A program made the translations under genes and the position numbers. From Phycisphaerales bacterium (GTDB taxonomy: Bacteria > Planctomycetota > Phycisphaerae > WQYP01), in the NCBI GenBank assembly GCA_027451365.1, contig DAIDJN010000005.1, positions 9,381 through 73,380 of the forward strand: a stretch of DNA of 64,000 nucleotides, read 5' to 3'. Under the pieces are notes generated by a model. That model had not been told where the DNA came from, did not search any database, and was given only the letters and a program-made list of their open reading frames with translations. Shown here one piece after another: positions 46,851 to 58,725 of this stretch (position 1 is the first letter of the stretch; each line of letters opens with the position of its first letter).

Positions 46851-46979
46851 ATGCAATCGACTATCGCCATGTATATCCAGCAAAGCTTGCAGTTGGCGGA
46901 CGACGCCCTGCGGCTGGCGCATCAGATAGAACAACAGATCGACCCCATTCGGCCCCGGGAGAGGCTTTGGCGATTCTGA
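46851..46979 (+). CDS. Putative 42-aa small protein between the attenuator and aroF
   Basis: AGGA RBS; MQSTIAMYIQQSLQLADDALRLAHQIEQQIDPIRPRERLWRF. Confidence 0.4.
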   Translation: MQSTIAMYIQQSLQLADDALRLAHQIEQQIDPIRPRERLWRF

Positions 46980-47037
46980 CCGCGTCGGTCAGGTAAAATC
47001 GAAAAAGAAAACAACACGCAAACGAAAGGAAGCAACC

Positions 47038-48060
47038 ATGATTATTGTAATGGAACAGGGTGCGACAGACGGACAGGTGCAGCATGTCGTGGATCTGGTG
47101 CGGGAAATGGGTCTCCGTGAACATGTCATTGTCGGCACGGAACGGACCGTAGTCGCCGTGCTCGGAGACGACCGTGCCAAGGACAAAGACAAACTGGAAA
47201 ACGCCGGTGGTGTGGAAAAGGTCATGCCGGTTCTGGCACCCTATAAAATGGCCTCACGTGAAGTAAAAAAAGAACGTTCGGTTGTGCCGCTGGGCGGTCG
47301 GCTCGGTGGAACGGCCGGTGGAAAAAAACTGGCGCTAATCGCTGGTCCCTGTTCCGTGGAAGACCGTGTGAAACTGCTGGAAATTGCACACATGGTGAAA
47401 GATGCGGGCGCCACCGGCCTGCGGGGTGGTGCATTCAAACCGCGTACCAGCCCGTACGCCTTTCAGGGTATGGGAGAAAAAGGTCTGGAAATTTTGGCCG
47501 AAGCCCGCGAACAGACCGGTCTGGCGGTGGTAACTGAAATCATGTCCATAGATCAGGTGGAACTGGTCTGCCGATATGCGGACGTGCTGCAGGTTGGCGC
47601 AAGAAACATGCAAAACTTCAATCTGCTATGGGCGGTCGGCGAACAGCGCAAACCGGTGTTGCTGAAACGCGGCATTGCGGCCACGCTGGAGGAATTCATG
47701 CTGGCGGCGGAATACATCATGTCCCGCGGAAACAGCCAGGTTATTTTATGCGAACGGGGCATTCGCACATTCGAAACGCATTGCCGCAATACGCTTCCTC
47801 TGGCCACCGTGCCGGAGGTTCATCGCATCAGCCACCTGCCGATTCTGGTCGATCCATCCCAGGGAACCGGACACGCACATCTGGTGCCGGATATGTGCAA
47901 GGCGGCGATCGCCTGCGGGGCGGACGGCCTTATTATTGAATGCCACAACGACCCTGAACACGCGCTTACAGATGGCGCTCAATCCATTACACCCGCCACA
48001 TTAAAGGCAATGTATGGCACGCTGAAAAAGCTGGCCGCCGCGGTGGACCGCGAAATTTAA
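47038..48060 (+). CDS. aroF: 3-deoxy-7-phosphoheptulonate (DAHP) synthase, class I-beta with N-terminal regulatory domain
   Basis: MIIVM N-terminal domain; IAGPCSVE, RGGAFKPRTSPYAFQG, QVGARNMQNF, LCERGIRTFE and ALTDGAQS. Confidence 0.97.
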   Translation: MIIVMEQGATDGQVQHVVDLVREMGLREHVIVGTERTVVAVLGDDRAKDKDKLENAGGVEKVMPVLAPYKMASREVKKERSVVPLGGRLGGTAGGKKLALIAGPCSVEDRVKLLEIAHMVKDAGATGLRGGAFKPRTSPYAFQGMGEKGLEILAEAREQTGLAVVTEIMSIDQVELVCRYADVLQVGARNMQNFNLLWAVGEQRKPVLLKRGIAATLEEFMLAAEYIMSRGNSQVILCERGIRTFETHCRNTLPLATVPEVHRISHLPILVDPSQGTGHAHLVPDMCKAAIACGADGLIIECHNDPEHALTDGAQSITPATLKAMYGTLKKLAAAVDREI

Positions 48061-48254
48061 ATGGGCCTCCGGCCGCCGCTCTACTTGCAGGAAGCGCTTG
48101 ATATTCAAGTGGTTCCTGCCCAACGACGTCGCCCGAGTTTTCGGAATCCGAAAATGGACGGAAAATTTCGTTTCGGAAAGCGGGAACGCGCATTCGAATT
48201 CTATTTGACTGCGCATTAAAACCGCCGGGTATCGGAGATGCGCCGGCAATTATG

Positions 48255-50027
48255 TCAGGCGAGACGCCCTTCCAGGGTCCGATTCTCAGCACGACCGGCG
48301 ACCTGCGCCGCCCGCAGCAGAAGAAGACCGATGATCAGCATGACGGCGGCGCAAAATGCAAAAGAGAGCCTCCCGGCCAGCGAATTGGGAATAAGTACAA
48401 AAAGACCTATCACCACGCCATAGCTCGTGGCCAGCGCACCAAGCACGCGAAACAGCGGCCCGGAATGACTTGCGGTATTCTGCTTGTCTTCGGTGACCGG
48501 CGTGGCGAGTTTCTGCGAAAGGTCTTCTATCGCCTGTCGCTGGACTGAATCCGATTTCTTGTAAAACAGACCGGTTGTAAAAAACCATGCCGAAGACACA
48601 ATCAGCATGGCGAAAATCGGCAGGAAGAATGTGGCGTCCACCTTTTCAGCATGGCTTAACCCAAGCGGAAACATGCTGTGCAGAATTCGGTGCCGAGCAA
48701 GATAAATCCCCACTGACGTAACCAGACCCACCGTCGCGGTACTCCAGCCAGACCAGCCCGGCGTACGAAGATACATAAAACCCAGCGCCATGGGTATTGA
48801 CAGCGGCAGTATGAACAGACCGGCGACAAGGTTCGTCAGGTTAAAAAGACCCATCAGTTTGCAATAGCTGAAAAAAATTCCGATGGAAATCACAATGGCG
48901 CCAAAAATCAAGGTGAGCCTTTTACTGATGCGCAAGAGTTTCTTCTCATCCGCATCGGGATTCATGATTGGCAGATAAAAATTCCGCACCACCACGCCGA
49001 CACCCTGATTCAGCACGGCATCCAGGTTGGTAATGGTGGCCGCAAAAATGGTGCTCACCAAAAGCCCGATCATGCCGTGAGGCATGGTGGCCAGGCAGAC
49101 GGCCACATAAGCCGCTTCCGAAGGATGTTGCAAATGTGGAAACTCAGCATGCAGATTCATGTGGGTGGCGACGGCGCTTAGCGATGGAATAATCCAGATG
49201 ACCGGAGCGATAAGCATCCCGATAACAGGAATAATGACCATTCGTCGGGCAGTGCGGTCGGAACGCAGCATCAGAAATTTTTGAGAATTTTCCACACTGT
49301 TTGCGGATACAATATTCAGCAGTGTCATGGCGATAATCCAACTGACGATGAACCCAAGCGGGACCTGCGAAGTCCAGGAAAAATAGCGGGCCGGGACTTT
49401 GTGAATCAAGCCGGAAATCCCCCCCACCGCCGGCTGATGCACAGCCAGAAACGCGGCCACAGCCGTAATGCACAAAACCAGCACCATTTGAATAAAATCA
49501 TTGACGGCTACCGCCCAGGCACCGCCGAAGTATGACACAAGGGTGATTAATACGCCGCAGGTGATCAGCGTGGCGGCAATGGAAACATGAAAAATAGAGG
49601 ACATGAAAACCGCGACCGCAAACAGCACAATGCCTCCCGCGATAAGCAGCAGCGGTATTTTCACCCAAGTATAAAACTGCTGCGTTCCGCGGCCAAAACG
49701 CTGGTGAACAGCTTCCATCCAGGTAATGGCTCGCAAGCGGCGGAATCGCCTGGCGCTTAAAAACAGCAATGTCGTGAAGGCGAAACTGTTGGAAAAGTAG
49801 AGCGCCAGCACAAACGTGCCGCTGGTGAATACCTTGCCGGCGGCTCCGGTAAAAGTCCACGCGCTGAAATTCATAAACAGCGCTGCGCCGGTAATCCACC
49901 AGGGAATGACACCCGCAGCGCGAAAATAATCGGATGTATTCTTGCTTTGCATACGCAGCAGAACACCGGCGGCCAGAATAAGGCTGAAATAAATTGCGAT
50001 GGCCAGATAATCATAAGATGAAAGCAT
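48255..50027 (-). CDS. Sodium:solute symporter family transporter (likely sugar)
   Basis: SDYFRAAG, FSAWTFTGAAG and GGAWAVAVNDFIQ; many TM helices. Confidence 0.9.
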   Translation of the reverse strand: MLSSYDYLAIAIYFSLILAAGVLLRMQSKNTSDYFRAAGVIPWWITGAALFMNFSAWTFTGAAGKVFTSGTFVLALYFSNSFAFTTLLFLSARRFRRLRAITWMEAVHQRFGRGTQQFYTWVKIPLLLIAGGIVLFAVAVFMSSIFHVSIAATLITCGVLITLVSYFGGAWAVAVNDFIQMVLVLCITAVAAFLAVHQPAVGGISGLIHKVPARYFSWTSQVPLGFIVSWIIAMTLLNIVSANSVENSQKFLMLRSDRTARRMVIIPVIGMLIAPVIWIIPSLSAVATHMNLHAEFPHLQHPSEAAYVAVCLATMPHGMIGLLVSTIFAATITNLDAVLNQGVGVVVRNFYLPIMNPDADEKKLLRISKRLTLIFGAIVISIGIFFSYCKLMGLFNLTNLVAGLFILPLSIPMALGFMYLRTPGWSGWSTATVGLVTSVGIYLARHRILHSMFPLGLSHAEKVDATFFLPIFAMLIVSSAWFFTTGLFYKKSDSVQRQAIEDLSQKLATPVTEDKQNTASHSGPLFRVLGALATSYGVVIGLFVLIPNSLAGRLSFAFCAAVMLIIGLLLLRAAQVAGRAENRTLEGRLA

Positions 50028-50218
50028 GAAGACCTTTCAATTTGAACTGACAGCATCGTCGTCCGATTTTGCACAGAGTTTAGAGGCCGCCGAAATTGAA
50101 CACAAGCCCGATTCCACCCGCTGCCCGACGAGGCCAGCCATTGCGGCGTCACAAACCGCGGCTGAAAAGCTTCTTTGCAACAGATGATTGCGTATCACAA
50201 GAAGGAATCGTCATCACA

Positions 50219-52621
50219 TTAGTGCAATAGAATGCGACGTTTGTGCAATAAAAAGATGACTGTGCGTCGTGGCGAAAGTTTTAATATCTGGTCCAGTTTT
50301 ATTAGTTTCCCAGAAATCAGATCACGCGAATCCTGGCGGTCTCCCTTAAGCGGGGTGAAGGTCCATTCATGATGGCGCGAACAATTCATGCCAATAATCC
50401 ATGGACCGTACCGCAAGACGTACAATCCAGCCCGCCCCAGGTAAGGACCATAGTGGCCGCGCCGGAACATACCATAATGCCCCGCGGTTTTAATATAACC
50501 GCGAGGCAGAACCGGGATGGGCATTTTTCCGCCAGCGTATGCTTCATGAATTCCGCTGTTAGGCGGAATAAAACCATGAAACTGCAATTGATCGATATCA
50601 TCCGGGCGGATATACACCTGACCGCTGGGCGTAAATTTGACCTGTTCATGGCAGCGCACCAGCCGATCCACCGTGGGGGTGGTGAAGTGAATTCGAGCCA
50701 ATGCATTGATGCCCGCATACGCACGATAATACAGCGACGCGTAAAGTCGCAGATGGCCCTGCTTCACGGCCACCACTCCATCCTGCGGATCGGCCCAGGC
50801 AACATTCTTCTGTCCCGGAGTCATGGGCAGACGCACGCCTGTGGCCGGCAATTTGATAACCGCCGCATACTGCTGCGGAATCTGCAGAAGAGATTTTATT
50901 ATTGAACTGCTCGACGAATTCAGCAGCGGAACAATGGATTGAAAAAACTGATTGTCTCGCAGGCACTGCTGGGCATAGCCAACAATCGCACGTGATTTGA
51001 TATTCGGCAACGCGGCACATTCAAGTGAAAAACCCTGAATGTTGCGGTCTCCATAACAGACTTCTTCAGGATAAAGGTTGTGCCGCCAACCGATCACCCC
51101 CTCCAGTCGCATAGCGCGATAGCCGCTATGGTCGGTACCCGGCTGCATGAAAAAGCCGCGAGCCTTGATCATTTTAATCAGTTGTGCGTTAATTTTTGGA
51201 TTGCCGCCGGTGGCTTCAGACATCTGCCACAGAAAATGCGTGATGGTTTCCCCATAGCTGGCCACATAGCCAAGCTCGCGCGAAAGACCAGCCTTGGTCA
51301 CCAGATAATAATGATGTCCGAAAGGCCATTGCCAACCGTGAGCAAGCTTGTTTCCACGAAATGGGACCAGACCAATCGCTTCATACAGGTACCACAACGC
51401 TTTTTTTTCCGGCATGGCCAGGGATGGCTCCAGAATTTCCAGGCCGCGATTGGCTGTGTATATATTGTAATTCACGATCATGACCTGATTGGTATAAAAC
51501 CGCTGATGGGTCTGTTCGTAGGCAATTGTCCGGGTTAGAAGCTTTGCCCAGGCCATGCGCCGAAGCACTCGTTTGCCGTCCACCAGCGTAATCGATTTAT
51601 TCAGATACGGCACCAACGGCTTGTGAACCAGCATAATGGCCCGCCCGATCGGCCCGTAAAGCCGCCAGGAAATGTTGGCTTCGCTATGCTGCCCCTTTCC
51701 ACATGCCAGAGCGTCAATATCCCGGACAATTCTTGCGATAACGGCTGGGCGGTTATAAGCCGCGCACCACGGAATCGTATAGGCTCGGGCCAGCATTTCC
51801 AGCCGCTGAGGTCCATCAGGCGAATTTCCAAGAAGCATTTTCCGCAGCACGGAATTCACATGAAATTTCAGCTGCCGCAGAATTGCCCGGCCCGGGCCGG
51901 GCCGTCGAGGCGCTACCGGCCCGACACCGCGTGGGCTGTTGTCGGGCAGGGCAAAATAGGGCGACGCAGATATCCACGCCGCATATATTCCACGCGAAGG
52001 GCGCCGCAACTTATGCTGGTATTGGGCGAAGGTGGCCGCATACATCCAGTCATAACCAATGGCTTGAACTGTCAGCCGGACGCTGGTTTTTCCACGGGTC
52101 AGTTTTTGAGGGAGCGGCTCGGTGACATAAAAAAAACGGCCGGGAAATGGTCGCGACGGTGTAAGACTTTCCGATCCGGCATTTTCCGCCCCACTGATCA
52201 GCCCATAATCGGACATGAAACGGTATCCGACTTGCTGGCCGTTGCAATACAGCAACAGGCGGCCCAGGGCTTCGCCACGATCATTTCCCCAGTACCGCAT
52301 GGTTATATAATTTCGAACGATCGGGCTTACCCGCATCGTGAACGAAACCGTGCCGCCATAAATACTGGCCGGATGCAACGGCAGCAGCAGACGGGCCGTC
52401 TGGCCCAGGCCGCCGTTGATAATAGCTGAATGCGCTGCCGCCAGATGATGGGCGGCCTCGCTTGTAAGAGTGCCAAAATAAATGGAATCAATTGGAGCGG
52501 AGGTTTGTGAGACGGGCCTCGCGTGCGCGGCGGCGTGGCCGCCGACGCGCCCCATAAAACACGTCCCTGCGAGCACCGCACAAATCAGACACCAGAAAGC
52601 AAGACGACAACTTACCCGCAT
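50219..52621 (-). CDS. Hypothetical exported protein, possibly glycan-active
   Basis: 800-aa ORF with a signal peptide; aromatic-rich helical core (YTNQ, GLSRELGYVASYGE); upstream of the symporter. Confidence 0.7.
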   Translation of the reverse strand: MRVSCRLAFWCLICAVLAGTCFMGRVGGHAAAHARPVSQTSAPIDSIYFGTLTSEAAHHLAAAHSAIINGGLGQTARLLLPLHPASIYGGTVSFTMRVSPIVRNYITMRYWGNDRGEALGRLLLYCNGQQVGYRFMSDYGLISGAENAGSESLTPSRPFPGRFFYVTEPLPQKLTRGKTSVRLTVQAIGYDWMYAATFAQYQHKLRRPSRGIYAAWISASPYFALPDNSPRGVGPVAPRRPGPGRAILRQLKFHVNSVLRKMLLGNSPDGPQRLEMLARAYTIPWCAAYNRPAVIARIVRDIDALACGKGQHSEANISWRLYGPIGRAIMLVHKPLVPYLNKSITLVDGKRVLRRMAWAKLLTRTIAYEQTHQRFYTNQVMIVNYNIYTANRGLEILEPSLAMPEKKALWYLYEAIGLVPFRGNKLAHGWQWPFGHHYYLVTKAGLSRELGYVASYGETITHFLWQMSEATGGNPKINAQLIKMIKARGFFMQPGTDHSGYRAMRLEGVIGWRHNLYPEEVCYGDRNIQGFSLECAALPNIKSRAIVGYAQQCLRDNQFFQSIVPLLNSSSSSIIKSLLQIPQQYAAVIKLPATGVRLPMTPGQKNVAWADPQDGVVAVKQGHLRLYASLYYRAYAGINALARIHFTTPTVDRLVRCHEQVKFTPSGQVYIRPDDIDQLQFHGFIPPNSGIHEAYAGGKMPIPVLPRGYIKTAGHYGMFRRGHYGPYLGRAGLYVLRYGPWIIGMNCSRHHEWTFTPLKGDRQDSRDLISGKLIKLDQILKLSPRRTVIFLLHKRRILLH

Positions 52622-52920
52622 AGATCACTCCGAATAGTGTGTTATCTCTTTTAAGGCGGTACCAATCTTGTAAACGCGCGGTGCATTTTGCGATCCGTGC
52701 CGGCCTCCGCGTAAAACCGCCTATGGAGAATCTACCGCTTGACGCAGCCATTGACAATATCAGTTTGCGCTTTATTTTTATCAATTAGCGTCCGGCCCAA
52801 ATGATCCCAAAATCGCGGGTTTGGTATTGGACGCCCGACCGAAGACGACATCAGCCGCTTGCGATAACAGCAGCGTTGCGATGTTCCCATAGGTAAGAAC
52901 ATGCGAAAGGCGGAAACATC

Positions 52921-54975
52921 ATGCAATGGTCGCTTGAAGCGGGAAAAATGCTTTTTCAATTCAATGGCCTGAAAGTTGAATTGAAGCTTACCGTACTGAT
53001 AGCCGATCACTGGCACCAATTGACATGGATTGCCACACCCAAAGGAGCCATGGCACAGGACCATGACACCAGCGTGAATATACATTTTTCCGCGGTCGAT
53101 ACACACTTCATGGATTACGATTTGTCCTTTGAATCTGATGCGCCGCGACGGCTGCGGCTGGAACTTAGCCCGACTCCGACATGTCCAACTGCCGACTGCT
53201 TTCACCTGATTCCCGCATGCATCTTTGGCGATAACAATCATGCCATGGTACATCCTAACGAATTCCCCACGCTGGCCCAGCCATCTGCGACCAATAAAGC
53301 GGCGGCGGAACTTTGGGAATTCCGTGCCGACCGGGCATCGCATCCGGTCTCCATGGTATGTGCAAGCGCGGGCATTTTCGCCATTTCCATTGACCCATAC
53401 AGCGCCGACGCACGTCAACCGGACGGCTTTATCCGCAATGGCGTGCTAAGTCGCCTGCCCGCCGGCTGTGGCGTCAGCCTTGGTTATGGCAATACGCCGT
53501 TCACATTTTTAGACAAGCGCAATTTCCAACCCCCCACGCAGCACCTCACCTGCGGTGCCTCAGCCAAAGGTACCATTTATATAATGCCCCGAGTCGGCCG
53601 GCAGGCGGTACATAAAATTATTCGTCGGCTTTATTCGCAATACCATGACCGCCCCCGCCATCAGGCAACCCCGCGTCAGGGAATTGAGGCGCTGGCCCGC
53701 GCGTTTATTGACGTCAATTTCTCCGATGAATTCAACAATTACAGCAATCTCAAATGTCATGTACCCACAGACACAACGCTTCGATCATGGCGACCGCTGA
53801 CTGAAATCGGCTGGACCGGCGGCAGCGTACTGGCCTATCCCCTGTTGCTGGCACAACATCTGTTTCCTGACCTGCGGTTTCCCAAACCGCCGGCACACAT
53901 TCTGGATGATATTGTCAGCGTGTATCATCATCCCAGCGGCTTTTTTCGCGACGTTTACGGCCCCACACTTGTGGGAATGCCGCCGAATCAGCGGATTGTC
54001 AGCGGCGGCGTGAACGGGTGGTGGTCGGGCTTTATGCCCTCCACACAGGATCGACATTGCGCTTACACAAATGCCCACGCGGCGTACTATCTGCTGAAAG
54101 CAAGCCGCTTTGTGGAACGTACCGGCGGACGGCCGCCCACGGCCTGGCTGGAAGCCGCGTGCAAGGTTCTAAGAACGGTGATGGCGCTTCAACGGGATGA
54201 TGGAGCCTTCGGTTACACGTTCCACGTGGATCATCGCGCGGTGGACGACTGGAACGGGTTTGCCGGCTGCTGGTTTGTGCCGGCGCTGGTGCTTGCGGCA
54301 AATCTGACCGGCGAGACGACTTTTCTTGCCGCCGCCCGTCGCGGACTGGCTTTTTACGCTCCGTTTGTCCGCGGACTCAACTGCTGGGGAACGCCCATGG
54401 ACACATGGAAGAGCGTGGATCAGGAAGGCGTGCTGGCATTTATAATCGGTGCCCGACTCCTGCATGAGCTTTACGGGGAAGACGATTGCCTGGAATTGCT
54501 CGCGATTGGCGCGGAATATGAATTTTTATGGCGCTATGGCTTTAAAGCCAGACCAGAATTGCCCCCGCTCAAAAATAGCCCCTGGAATTCCTGCGGTGGA
54601 TCGGTTACATCTGTCTCCAACCCGCATATCCACCCAATGGGATTGGTTATTACCGACACACTGTTTTATCTGGCTGACCAGACAGGTGACGACTATTTCC
54701 GCCAGCGCGCTCAAGACGCCGTCGCCTGGATTTTAAATACCATGGAACTGTATCCATCCACCATGGGCTATGGCCGCTATGGGGTCTTAAGTGAACGCTT
54801 CTGCCCCAGCGACGGCCTGACTATTGACACGTTTGCCGACACCGGAAAGCCCGCTTCCACCTGGTGGTCCTACAACGGCTGGGCGGCGGCAAATGTATTG
54901 GAAGGGTTAGCCGAACATCTGCTCAATGAGGGGCGTTGGAACGGTTTTGCCTCCGAATCCGGAATCCGGCCGTAG
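52921..54975 (+). CDS. Hypothetical protein, possible (alpha/alpha)-barrel glycoside hydrolase-like
   Basis: 684-aa ORF with EIGWTG, QRDDGAF, WGTPMD...DQEG and SVSNPHIH motifs; divergent from the 800-aa gene. Confidence 0.65.
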   Translation: MQWSLEAGKMLFQFNGLKVELKLTVLIADHWHQLTWIATPKGAMAQDHDTSVNIHFSAVDTHFMDYDLSFESDAPRRLRLELSPTPTCPTADCFHLIPACIFGDNNHAMVHPNEFPTLAQPSATNKAAAELWEFRADRASHPVSMVCASAGIFAISIDPYSADARQPDGFIRNGVLSRLPAGCGVSLGYGNTPFTFLDKRNFQPPTQHLTCGASAKGTIYIMPRVGRQAVHKIIRRLYSQYHDRPRHQATPRQGIEALARAFIDVNFSDEFNNYSNLKCHVPTDTTLRSWRPLTEIGWTGGSVLAYPLLLAQHLFPDLRFPKPPAHILDDIVSVYHHPSGFFRDVYGPTLVGMPPNQRIVSGGVNGWWSGFMPSTQDRHCAYTNAHAAYYLLKASRFVERTGGRPPTAWLEAACKVLRTVMALQRDDGAFGYTFHVDHRAVDDWNGFAGCWFVPALVLAANLTGETTFLAAARRGLAFYAPFVRGLNCWGTPMDTWKSVDQEGVLAFIIGARLLHELYGEDDCLELLAIGAEYEFLWRYGFKARPELPPLKNSPWNSCGGSVTSVSNPHIHPMGLVITDTLFYLADQTGDDYFRQRAQDAVAWILNTMELYPSTMGYGRYGVLSERFCPSDGLTIDTFADTGKPASTWWSYNGWAAANVLEGLAEHLLNEGRWNGFASESGIRP

Positions 54976-55064
54976 CCCCGCCGATTGGCCACCGCGCGTT
55001 TGGCGCGCTACAATGCGGCGTTCAAGGTTCCCTCGGAAGATGATCCGGGACACCAGACGTTGCC

Positions 55065-57905
55065 ATGGAGCAGGGAATGCCACTTAAAGAAATTCGAATT
55101 GTCGGTGCCCGAGAGCACAACCTTAAAAACGTATCCTTAAATATTCCCCGCGACCGGCTGGTGGTGATTACCGGCTTAAGCGGTTCGGGCAAAAGTTCCC
55201 TGGCTTTTGACACTATTTATGCCGAAGGGCAGCGGAAATATGTTGAATCCCTTTCCGCGTACGCGCGGCAATTTCTGCAGCAAATGCAGAAGCCGGACTG
55301 CGACGAAATTGAAGGCCTCCCGCCCACAATTGCCATTGAACAGCGCAGCGGGTCAAGCAATCCGCGGTCCACAGTGGCCACCACCACTGAAATTTACGAC
55401 TATATGCGAGTGCTGTTTGCGCGCGTAGGTAAACCGCATTGCTGGGTCTGCGGCGAACCTATTGCAGCCCAAAGTCCATCGCAAATTGTCGATAATCTGA
55501 TGCTCTGGCCCGTCGGACGAAGAGTGATGGTTCTTTCGCCCCTGATTCGCGGCCAGAAAGGCACCCACAAGGAAGTCCTTGAAGCCATGACCCGACAGGG
55601 CTTTGTGCGCTGCCGCATCGATGGCCAGGTAATGGAAATCAAGGGCGCACCGGCCATGGACAAGAACCTGAAGCACAGCATCGAAGCGGTGGTGGACCGC
55701 CTGGCGATCGGGCCGGATATTCGCGGCCGATTGGCCGATTCCGTGGAACTGGCCCTGCGGCTGGCTGATGGCCTGGTTTACATCTGTTCCGAAGAAAATG
55801 GCAAATGGATCGACCGCCCGTTTTCCGCAAAATATGCCTGCCCCAGGCATTCGGAAAGCTCGCTGGAGGAGCTTTCCCCGCGTCTTTTTTCGTTCAACAG
55901 CCCTTATGGCGCCTGCAGCGAATGTGATGGGCTGGGAGTCATTCTGGAACTGGATGAAGAATTGATTGTTCCCGATAAATCCCTGTCACTGGCCGAAGGG
56001 GCAATTGAACCCTTCGGCCGCAATGGCAAACGGATGAACATTTATTACAAACGGATGCTGCGACATTTCTGCCAGACTTTTAATTTATCGGAAGACACGG
56101 CATTTGACGCCATCCCGAAGGGAATCAAAAGCATTTTGCTGCGCGGCACGACCGCCAAGGACAAGATCAAATTTGGCGCCGATTTTGAAGGTGTGATTCC
56201 GAATTTACAGCGGCGATGGGAAACCACTGACAGCGAATTTGTAAAGTCTCGTCTGCACCAGTATTTAAGCGAACAGCCGTGCGAATCCTGCCATGGCGAC
56301 AGGCTTAAGCCCCAGGCCCTGGCGGTGCGCATCGGCCCGCACAATATTCGACAGATGACCGCGATGACAATCGCCGCTGCACTGGAGTTTTTTCAGGCAA
56401 TTGTTTTCACCGGCGAACAGGAATTAATCGCCGCGCCGGTCGTCAAGGAAATCCGTGCGCGGCTGGGGTTCATGAATAATGTGGGCCTTGGATATCTGAC
56501 CCTGGACCGACAGACTGGCACGCTTTCCGGCGGCGAAGCCCAGCGCATACGCCTGGCCACACAGGTCGGTTCCGGGCTGGTGGGAGTTTGCTACGTGCTG
56601 GATGAACCGACCATCGGCCTGCACCAGCGGGACAACGACCGGCTTATCGCAACTCTTCGCCATCTGACGGACATTGGCAATACCACCATTGTGGTGGAAC
56701 ATGATGAAGACACCATCCGGGCCGCCGACTGGCTTGTGGACGTCGGTCCCGGTGCCGGCGCGCACGGCGGGCGGATTATGGCGCAGGGCACGGTGGCGGA
56801 GGTTCTGCAATCTCCGGAAAGCATTACCGCAAAATATCTGACCGGCGAATGCCAAATTACGCCGCCGGCCAAACGTCGGCAGCCGGACCATTCCCGCTGC
56901 CTGGAAATTCTGGGCGCCGCTGAAAACAATCTAAAAAATGTGAACGTCAAATTCCCCCTGGGTATTATGATATGTGTGACCGGGGTATCCGGATCCGGAA
57001 AGTCATCACTCGTGAATCATATTCTGCTAAAGGCGTTGAAGCGTTCGCTTTATGGCGGCAAAGAACATCCGGGCAAGCACCGCAAGCTGACCGGTCTTGC
57101 ACACATAGATAAAGTCATAGAGATTGACCAGTCCCCGATTGGCCGGACACCGCGAAGCAATCCGGCCACCTATACCGGTGTGTTTGATCTTATTCGGCAG
57201 CTTTATGCCAAAACCCGCGAAGCGCGAATGCGCGGCTATCAACTTGGGCGGTTTAGTTTTAATGTAAAAGGCGGTCGATGCGAAGCCTGTCAGGGCCAGG
57301 GAACCAAGCGGATCGAAATGCACTTTCTGCCGGATGTGTTTGTCATGTGTGAGGAATGCCGCGGCACGCGCTACAACCGGGAAACGCTGGAAATCAAATA
57401 TCGCGGCAAATCCATCGCCGATGTGCTGGACATGCGAATTGAAGAGGCTCTGGCGTTTTTTGACAGTTTTTCCAATATTCGGGCCATGCTTCAGGCACTT
57501 CATGATGTGGGCCTTTCTTATGTGCAGCTTGGCCAGTCAAGTACCACGCTTTCCGGCGGTGAGGCCCAGCGCGTGAAACTGGCCACCGAACTGGGCAAGC
57601 CACCCACCGCCCATACGCTCTATGTGCTGGACGAACCGACCACCGGCTTGCATTTTGCGGACATTCATAATCTGTTGAATGTGCTTAACCGCCTGGCTGA
57701 TGCCGGTCACACCGTGGTCATTATTGAGCATAATCTGGATGTCATTAAATGTGCCGACTGGATTATTGACCTTGGACCGGAAGGCGGCGCAGGTGGCGGC
57801 ACCATTGTGGCCGTCGGCACGCCTGAACAGATATCGCAACATCCGGCCAGCCATACGGGGCGATATCTAAGGTCCAAACTTGTCGAATCCGCGATCACCG
57901 CCTGA
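55065..57905 (+). CDS. uvrA: Excinuclease ABC subunit A
   Basis: GAREHNLKN; two Walker A motifs ([18 protein letters not shown]); [10 protein letters not shown]; zinc fingers. Confidence 0.99.
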   Translation: MEQGMPLKEIRIVGAREHNLKNVSLNIPRDRLVVITGLSGSGKSSLAFDTIYAEGQRKYVESLSAYARQFLQQMQKPDCDEIEGLPPTIAIEQRSGSSNPRSTVATTTEIYDYMRVLFARVGKPHCWVCGEPIAAQSPSQIVDNLMLWPVGRRVMVLSPLIRGQKGTHKEVLEAMTRQGFVRCRIDGQVMEIKGAPAMDKNLKHSIEAVVDRLAIGPDIRGRLADSVELALRLADGLVYICSEENGKWIDRPFSAKYACPRHSESSLEELSPRLFSFNSPYGACSECDGLGVILELDEELIVPDKSLSLAEGAIEPFGRNGKRMNIYYKRMLRHFCQTFNLSEDTAFDAIPKGIKSILLRGTTAKDKIKFGADFEGVIPNLQRRWETTDSEFVKSRLHQYLSEQPCESCHGDRLKPQALAVRIGPHNIRQMTAMTIAAALEFFQAIVFTGEQELIAAPVVKEIRARLGFMNNVGLGYLTLDRQTGTLSGGEAQRIRLATQVGSGLVGVCYVLDEPTIGLHQRDNDRLIATLRHLTDIGNTTIVVEHDEDTIRAADWLVDVGPGAGAHGGRIMAQGTVAEVLQSPESITAKYLTGECQITPPAKRRQPDHSRCLEILGAAENNLKNVNVKFPLGIMICVTGVSGSGKSSLVNHILLKALKRSLYGGKEHPGKHRKLTGLAHIDKVIEIDQSPIGRTPRSNPATYTGVFDLIRQLYAKTREARMRGYQLGRFSFNVKGGRCEACQGQGTKRIEMHFLPDVFVMCEECRGTRYNRETLEIKYRGKSIADVLDMRIEEALAFFDSFSNIRAMLQALHDVGLSYVQLGQSSTTLSGGEAQRVKLATELGKPPTAHTLYVLDEPTTGLHFADIHNLLNVLNRLADAGHTVVIIEHNLDVIKCADWIIDLGPEGGAGGGTIVAVGTPEQISQHPASHTGRYLRSKLVESAITA

Positions 57906-57932
57906 TTCAACATTCAACAGGAGAATCCAGAA

Positions 57933-58652
57933 ATGCCCGGGAACGAATCCGCGCCACGCGCCGCACTCTGGTTCTCTCGCCGCTCGCTGAAAGAAATTGA
58001 CCGTCGGGCAGTTGCCGATTTTGGCCTGTCAATTGAGGCGCTTATGGAAAACGCCGGTCGCGCGCTGGCTGAAATAACCCGCGCCTACACCCATGCCGAT
58101 TCACGCGTGCTGGTGCTGGCCGGTCCGGGAAACAACGGTGGCGACGGCCTGGTCGCGGCGCGATGGCTGGCCAATTTCGGACAGCCGGTTAGAATTCTTC
58201 TTCTGGCTGCCCCGGAAAAGTTCACCGGACCAGCCGCTGAACAACTAAACACGGTACAACGCATGAGCCTCACGATTCAGCACCTCGACACCGCCAATCC
58301 GGCGGCCGATATACTCGCCAGTTGGATTGATAACAGCAATGTGGATGACGCAATTGTGGATGCGATTTTCGGAACCGGTCTCACCCGGTCGGTCACCGAC
58401 GGTGTGGCCGCCGCCATTCAAAAGGTGAATGAATCCAACCGGCGGGTTATATCCGCGGATATTCCTTCCGGCCTGGACTGTGACTCCGGCGAGCCACTGG
58501 GCATTGCCGTCCGCGCCACCCACACGATCAGCTTTTGCGGTATGAAGGTGGGATTTTCCAAACCGGGGGCGATTAGTTATGTCGGGCAGTGTTCCGTTGG
58601 GGATATTGGTGTGCCACGATGCCTGCTGGAAGAACTGGCTGTTGAACCTTAG
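57933..58652 (+). CDS. nnrE: NAD(P)H-hydrate epimerase (YjeF N-terminal domain)
   Basis: LMENAG, GPGNNGGDG, DAIFGTG and DIPSG. Confidence 0.93.
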   Translation: MPGNESAPRAALWFSRRSLKEIDRRAVADFGLSIEALMENAGRALAEITRAYTHADSRVLVLAGPGNNGGDGLVAARWLANFGQPVRILLLAAPEKFTGPAAEQLNTVQRMSLTIQHLDTANPAADILASWIDNSNVDDAIVDAIFGTGLTRSVTDGVAAAIQKVNESNRRVISADIPSGLDCDSGEPLGIAVRATHTISFCGMKVGFSKPGAISYVGQCSVGDIGVPRCLLEELAVEP

Positions 58653-58725
58653 GCCAATCGGGTTAGTATGATTTAACCCAGGGCGGCGTTCGATAGTCCG
58701 TCAATCAGGCGAAGGGAATGGAATT

